Both the position numbers and the translations under genes were made by a program. The notes under the pieces are model-generated. The model had not been told where the DNA came from. It was given only the letters and a program-made list of their open reading frames with translations, and made no database searches. A stretch of DNA of 32,000 nt from Candidatus Poseidoniaceae archaeon (GTDB lineage: Archaea; Thermoplasmatota; Poseidoniia; Poseidoniales; Poseidoniaceae). Position 1 is the stretch's first letter, and every line of letters starts with the position of its first letter. The stretch is from contig CALSTM010000003.1 in the NCBI GenBank assembly GCA_943789275.1, positions 600,001 through 632,000 on the forward strand, written 5' to 3'. Shown in pieces: positions 22,037 through 26,923 of the stretch.

Positions 22037-23383
22037 TCGTATTCTCCAGACTGGTTTGTTCTCACCAACAATACGGCCATGTCGCCAACGGCTACACCAA
22101 CCAATTCAGGTGGTGCAATCCCGTCTGGAATTATTGCTGAACCGTCGCAAGTTGGCTCTCAGTATTCCGAGGGGAGATACAATTCTATTGCCGTTGATTC
22201 GAATGGCGTCGCACATGTTGTTTATTTTGGCAACTATAATTCACAAACGTTGTATTACGCAACCAATGCCAACGGTTCATGGGTTACGACTGTGCTCAAG
22301 AATCAGAATGGTATAACCAACGGAGCATCAATTGTCATTGACTCTAACGATACCATCCACATCAGTTATTCACACAGGTTTAGCCAATACAGTATGGGGA
22401 ATAACCTCTATTACTCGACTTGTTCTTCATCTTGTTCATCTGCATCATCATGGAGTGGTGGTTTGGTCGTCGGAGGTGGGTATTACAACGATATTGCGAT
22501 CGATACCAACGGTACATTGCACATCTCTCACTGGACAGGTTCCTCGCTCCAGCATTCGACCTGTTCCTCTTCTTGTTCAACAGCATCGTCTTGGACCACA
22601 ACCTCGGTTACTTCGGTGACCCAACAGATGAGGATTTCAATGACAACCGATTCCAACAACAGTATACACATCCTTTACTCAGAGGGCTACCCAACAAGAG
22701 ACCTCAACTATGCGACCTGCTCTTCTGGATGCACATCGTCATCATCGTGGTCTACAGTTGAGCTCAATGCTTCCAGCACTTCCACTTTTATAGGGGATCA
22801 ATCCATTGCTGTTGATTCAAACAACGGTATTCACATAACATATCAATTCAATACTAACCTGACCTATGCGACCTGTTCTTCTTCATGTACATCAGCATCA
22901 TCATGGACCAATACCACGGTTCCCCCTGTCAAGGCTTTATACGGCCTCGGGGAAATCGCCATTGATTCCAACGACCATCTCTACATCTCGTATGCAAAGG
23001 GTTCTTCCAATGCAGCATCTAAACTAACCTATGCGACCTGTTCTTCTTCATGTACATCAGCATCGTCGTGGACCAACACCACGTTTGACACAAATGGCGG
23101 TAATCAACGGTCAATGGCTCTTGATTCCAACGACCGTGTGCACATCTCCTATCACTCAGGTAGTACGGATAAATCCCTTAGGTACCTCGCAGTTGAACCA
23201 TCATCGATTGTTTATGCTTACTCCATCAGTCCAGCCTTGCCTGCAGGGTTAAGTTTGGAAATCAGCACAGGTGAGATCTCAGGAACGCCGACTGAGTTGT
23301 CGACCAATACAACATACACGATTACGGTACGCAATGCGGGGTGGCACAAATACGACGACCATCACCATCGAAGTCAACGATGA
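21995..23383 (+). CDS. Gene 2 fragment 6 (frame 2): split He_PIG unit with nested propeller D
   Basis: Sense runs from about 22037 (SYSPDWFVLTNNTAMSPTATPTNSGGAIPSG...) to about 23340 (...TYTITVRNAG). The track-ORF tail WHKYDDHHHRSQR is out of frame after an extra G in a G-run. Confidence 0.9.
   Translation: MQPLTSLSMMKPLISYSPDWFVLTNNTAMSPTATPTNSGGAIPSGIIAEPSQVGSQYSEGRYNSIAVDSNGVAHVVYFGNYNSQTLYYATNANGSWVTTVLKNQNGITNGASIVIDSNDTIHISYSHRFSQYSMGNNLYYSTCSSSCSSASSWSGGLVVGGGYYNDIAIDTNGTLHISHWTGSSLQHSTCSSSCSTASSWTTTSVTSVTQQMRISMTTDSNNSIHILYSEGYPTRDLNYATCSSGCTSSSSWSTVELNASSTSTFIGDQSIAVDSNNGIHITYQFNTNLTYATCSSSCTSASSWTNTTVPPVKALYGLGEIAIDSNDHLYISYAKGSSNAASKLTYATCSSSCTSASSWTNTTFDTNGGNQRSMALDSNDRVHISYHSGSTDKSLRYLAVEPSSIVYAYSISPALPAGLSLEISTGEISGTPTELSTNTTYTITVRNAGWHKYDDHHHRSQR
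22130..23200 (+). other. Propeller D: 7 diverged blades with a C-S-S-(S/G)-C insertion
   Basis: NSIAVDSNGVAHVVYF, GASIVIDSNDTIHISYS...YYSTCSSSCSSASSW, NDIAIDTNGTLHISHW...HSTCSSSCSTASSW, ISMTTDSNNSIHILYS...YATCSSGCTSSSSW, QSIAVDSNNGIHITYQ...YATCSSSCTSASSW, IAIDSNDHLYISYA...YATCSSSCTSASSW, SMALDSNDRVHISYH. Confidence 0.75.
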
Positions 23384-23478
23384 GGTCCCGACAATAGCGT
23401 ACTCGCCGAACGATTTGGACCATGACCAATAACACGGCAAGCAGCGACCTTCCGCTCTCGCCGACCATCACAGGTTCG
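23343..23478 (+). CDS. Gene 2 fragment 7: short frame-3 (23343-23420) and frame-1 (23422-23478) pieces of He_PIG units
   Basis: GTNTTTITIEVNDEVPTIAYSPNDLD, then an extra C at 23421, then MTNNTASSDLPLSPTITGS (the start of track ORF 23422..23649, the rest of which is out of frame). Confidence 0.65.
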
Positions 23479-24470
23479 GTGAAATCACGTCGTGGGCCAT
23501 CAACGCCATCTTGCCAGCGGTCTGTACCTTCGAGACCAGCAACGGTACCATTTGGGGAACACCGACCGAACTGTGGACGCAAACGGCCTACATGGTCTGG
23601 GCCAACAACAGCGGTGGGTCCGCCGTCGCCTACCTCAACATCACCGTAGTTGACGAACTACCAACGATTGCTTACTCGCCGAACGATTTGGATTTGACCA
23701 ACAACACGGCAAGCAGTGACCTTCCGCTCTCGCCGACCGTGACAGGTTCTGGTGAATTTACGTCGTGGGCCATTAACGCAAGTCTTCCGAGCGGACTTAC
23801 CTTCGAGACCAGCAACGGAACCATTTGGGGAACACCGACCGAACTGTGGACGCAAACGGCCTACATGGTCTGGGCCAACAACAGCGGTGGGTCCGCCGTC
23901 GCCTACCTCAACATCACCGTAGTTGACGAACTACCAACGATTGCTTACTCGCCGAACGATTTGGATTTGACCAACAACACTGCTTCGAGCGATCTTCCAC
24001 TTTCGCCGACCGTGACAGGTTCTGGTGAATTTACGTCGTGGGCCATTAACGCAAGTCTTCCGAGCGGACTTACCTTCGAGACCAGCAACGGAACCATTTG
24101 GGGCACACCGACCGAACTGTGGACGCAAACGGCCTACATGGTCTGGGCCAACAACAGCGGTGGCTCAAGCGAGGCCTACCTCAACATCACCGTAGTTGAC
24201 GAACTACCAACGATTGCTTACTCGCCAAACGACTTGGATTTGACCAACAACACGGCAAGCAGTGACCTTCCACTCTCGCCGACCGTGACTGGTTCTGGTG
24301 AATTTACGTCGTGGGCCATTAACGCAAGTCTTCCGAGCGGTTTGACTTTCGGTACGAGCAACGGAACAATTTGGGGCACACCGACCGAACTGTGGACGCA
24401 AACGGCCTACATGGTCTGGGCCAACAACAGCGGTGGCTCAAGCGAGGCCTACCTCAACATCACGGTCAAC
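23379..24470 (+). repeat. 4 x 273-bp tandem He_PIG units (the first unit carries four indels)
   Basis: ELPTIAYSPNDLDLTNNTASSDLPLSPTVTGSGEFTSWAINASLPSGLTFETSNGTIWGTPTELWTQTAYMVWANNSGGS(A/S)(V/E)AYLNITVVD. Units start at 23379, 23652, 23925 and 24198. Antisense shadow ORFs recur at 23658/23931/24204. Confidence 0.9.
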
Positions 24471-26573
24471 GATCAAATGCCAACGCTTTCGTATTCACCT
24501 GCCAACCTCACGCTCTACAAGAACACCGCCAGCAGTGATTTGCCGTTGAACGCCACGCTGACCGGTCCTGGAGAGATCACTTCGTGGACCATCGCACCCG
24601 GTTTGCCGAACGGTTTGACCTTTGAGACAAGCAACGGAACGATATGGGGCATTCCAACACAGCGTATGACCACCACACAGTTCACGGTCTGGGCCAACAA
24701 CAGCGGTGGGTCCGCCGTCGCTTACCTCAACATCACGGTGCTCCACGAAGCACCGATGTTCAGCTATTCATCCTACAACTTGACGCTGGTCAACAACACG
24801 GCCATGACTGCAATGGGTGCGCCGATTACGGGTGGCGACGTCACATCGTGGGAAGTTGAACCGGCTTGGCCAACAGGTCTCTATTTAGGGTCCTTATATG
24901 GAACAATTTGGGGAACGCCAACCGTGGTTCAAAACATGACCATGTACCAGATTTGGGGCAACAATTCAGGTGGCTCTCACTCTGTCTTCATCAACATCAC
25001 CGTCGATGACCGAGCACCTTCGTTCACCTACAACCCAGAAAACCTCACCCTGACCAACAACACGGTCAGCACTGACCTACCGCTTGTACCAACGGTTTCG
25101 AATACTGGAGATGCTCCAACAGGTTGGGTCTTGATGGGCACCTTGCCTGCAGGTCTCAACTTTGGCACCAACAACGGAACCATTTGGGGTACGCCAACCG
25201 AGCTATGGACGACCACAAATTACACCGTATACGGGAACAACACCGGCGGTTCGTTCAATGTGAGCATCAACATTACGGTCAACGATCAGATGCCAACGCT
25301 TTCGTATTCTCCAGAGAATTTGACATTCTACAATGATACTGCCAGCAGCGACCTTCCACTTTCGCCGACCATCACCGGTTCAGGCGAGTTTGTATCATGG
25401 GCCATCAGTCCATCAGAGCCAAGCGGTCTTTCCTTTGATACTTCGAACGGAACGCTCAGTGGAACGCCAACTGAACTGCTGACACGTACAATGTTCACGA
25501 TTACGGCGACCAACACCGGTGGAACAGCAACAGCGTACATCAACATCACAATTGTTGACCAAGTGCCGACGATTGCGTACTCGCCAAACGACTTGAGCAT
25601 GACCAACAATACGGCGAGCAGTGACCTACCGCTTTCGCCAACCATCACTGGTTCAGGTGAGGTTGTGTCTTGGAGCATCAGTCCATCAGTGCCAAGTGGT
25701 TTGGCCTTTGATACTTCAAACGGAACGCTCAGCGGCACGCCGACTGAATTGCAGACACGGACAATGTACACCATCACAGCAACAAACACCGGTGGGACAG
25801 CAACAGCGTACATCAACATCACAATTGTTGACGAAGTGCCGACGATTGCGTACTCGCCAAACGACTTGAACATGACCAACAACACGGCAAGCATTGACCT
25901 TCCACTTTTGCCGACCATCACCGGTTCAGGCGAGTTCGTATCGTGGGCCATCAGCCCATCAGAGCCAAGCGGTCTTTCCTTTGATACTTCGAACGGAACG
26001 CTCAGCGGAACGCCGACTGAATTGCTGACACGGACAATGTACACCATCACAGCAACAAACACCGGTGGAACGGCAACAGCCTACATCAACATCACAATCG
26101 TTGACGAAGTTCCGACGATTGTCTACTCACCAAACGATTTGAACATGACCAACAACACTGCCTCGCTCGATCTTCCGCTCTCGCCAACAGTGACCGGTTC
26201 TGGCGAGTTCGTGTCCTGGGCCATCAGCCCTTCAGTGCCAAGCGGTTTGGCCTTCAGCACCTCAACAGGTGTGCTCAGTGGAACGCCGACAGAATTGCTG
26301 ACACGTAGTATGTTCACGATTACGGCGACCAACACTGGTGGCTCAAGTATCGCCTACATCAACATCACCATTGTTGACGAGGTGCCGACCATTGCTTACT
26401 CGCCAAACGACTTGAGCATGACCAACAATACGGGGAGCAGTGACCTTCCACTTTTGCCGACCATCACCGGTTCAGGTGAGTTGTGTCTTGGGCCATCAGT
26501 CCAGCAGTGCCAAGCGGTCTTGCGTTTGACACCTCGACAGGTGTGCTCAGTGGAACGCCGACTGAATTGCTGA
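23481..26573 (+). CDS. Gene 2 fragment 8 (frame 3): ~11 He_PIG units (track ORF 23511..26573)
   Basis: Sense runs from GEITSWAINA... (23481) to ...PTITGSGE (26480). The track-ORF tail LCLGPSVQQCQAV... is out of frame after loss of one G: ggtgagGttgtg at 25657 versus ggtgagttgtg at 26475. Confidence 0.9.
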   Translation, partial: EITSWAINAILPAVCTFETSNGTIWGTPTELWTQTAYMVWANNSGGSAVAYLNITVVDELPTIAYSPNDLDLTNNTASSDLPLSPTVTGSGEFTSWAINASLPSGLTFETSNGTIWGTPTELWTQTAYMVWANNSGGSAVAYLNITVVDELPTIAYSPNDLDLTNNTASSDLPLSPTVTGSGEFTSWAINASLPSGLTFETSNGTIWGTPTELWTQTAYMVWANNSGGSSEAYLNITVVDELPTIAYSPNDLDLTNNTASSDLPLSPTVTGSGEFTSWAINASLPSGLTFGTSNGTIWGTPTELWTQTAYMVWANNSGGSSEAYLNITVNDQMPTLSYSPANLTLYKNTASSDLPLNATLTGPGEITSWTIAPGLPNGLTFETSNGTIWGIPTQRMTTTQFTVWANNSGGSAVAYLNITVLHEAPMFSYSSYNLTLVNNTAMTAMGAPITGGDVTSWEVEPAWPTGLYLGSLYGTIWGTPTVVQNMTMYQIWGNNSGGSHSVFINITVDDRAPSFTYNPENLTLTNNTVSTDLPLVPTVSNTGDAPTGWVLMGTLPAGLNFGTNNGTIWGTPTELWTTTNYTVYGNNTGGSFNVSINITVNDQMPTLSYSPENLTFYNDTASSDLPLSPTITGSGEFVSWAISPSEPSGLSFDTSNGTLSGTPTELLTRTMFTITATNTGGTATAYINITIVDQVPTIAYSPNDLSMTNNTASSDLPLSPTITGSGEVVSWSISPSVPSGLAFDTSNGTLSGTPTELQTRTMYTITATNTGGTATAYINITIVDEVPTIAYSPNDLNMTNNTASIDLPLLPTITGSGEFVSWAISPSEPSGLSFDTSNGTLSGTPTELLTRTMYTITATNTGGTATAYINITIVDEVPTIVYSPNDLNMTNNTASLDLPLSPTVTGSGEFVSWAISPSVPSGLAFSTSTGVLSGTPTELLTRSMFTITATNTGGSSIAYINITIVDEVPTIAYSPNDLSMTNNTGSSDLPLLPTITGSGELCLGPSVQQCQAVLRLTPRQVCSVERRLNC

Positions 26574-26923
26574 CACGTAGCATGTTCACGATTACCGCAA
26601 CCAACACCGGTGGAACGGCAACAGCGTACATCAACATCACAATCGTTGACGAACTTCCAACGATTGCATACTCGCCGAACGATTTGATTATGACCAACAA
26701 TACTGTTTCGAGTGATCTTCCGCTTTCGCCGACCATCACCGGCTCTGGCGAGATTGTATCGTGGGCCATCAGCCCATCAGAGCCAAGCGGTCTTTCCTTT
26801 GATACTTCGAACGGAACGCTCAGCGGAACGCCGACTGAATTGCTGACACGTACAATGTACACCATCACAGCAACAAACACAGGTGGGACAGCAACAGCGT
26901 ACATCAACATCACCGTTCTTGAC
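25287..26923 (+). repeat. 6 x 273-bp tandem He_PIG units (roughly 80-90% identical by eye)
   Basis: (Q/E)(V/L/M)PT(I/L)(A/V/S)YSPNDL(S/N/I)MTNNTAS(S/I/L)DLPL(S/L)PT(I/V)TGSGE(F/V/I)VSW(A/S)ISPS(E/V)PSGL(S/A)FDTSNGTLSGTPTEL(L/Q)TRTM(F/Y)TITATNTGGTATAYINITIVD. Units start at 25287, 25560, 25833, 26106, 26379 and 26651. Confidence 0.85.

Noticed and set aside
9531-26481. Programmed ribosomal frameshifting or transcriptional slippage to explain the ten frame changes
   Set aside because: The sites share no slippery heptamer or common context. Both +1 and -1 types occur. Some are 60-80 nt apart, and one is a compensated pair. Simple indels, whether real or artefactual, explain them better.
23379-26923. 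A diversity-generating retroelement or targeted hypervariation among the Ig units
   Set aside because: There is no reverse transcriptase or template-repeat candidate in the window. Differences between units are spread along the unit rather than confined to a short variable region. I could not test for an adenine-specific pattern by eye.
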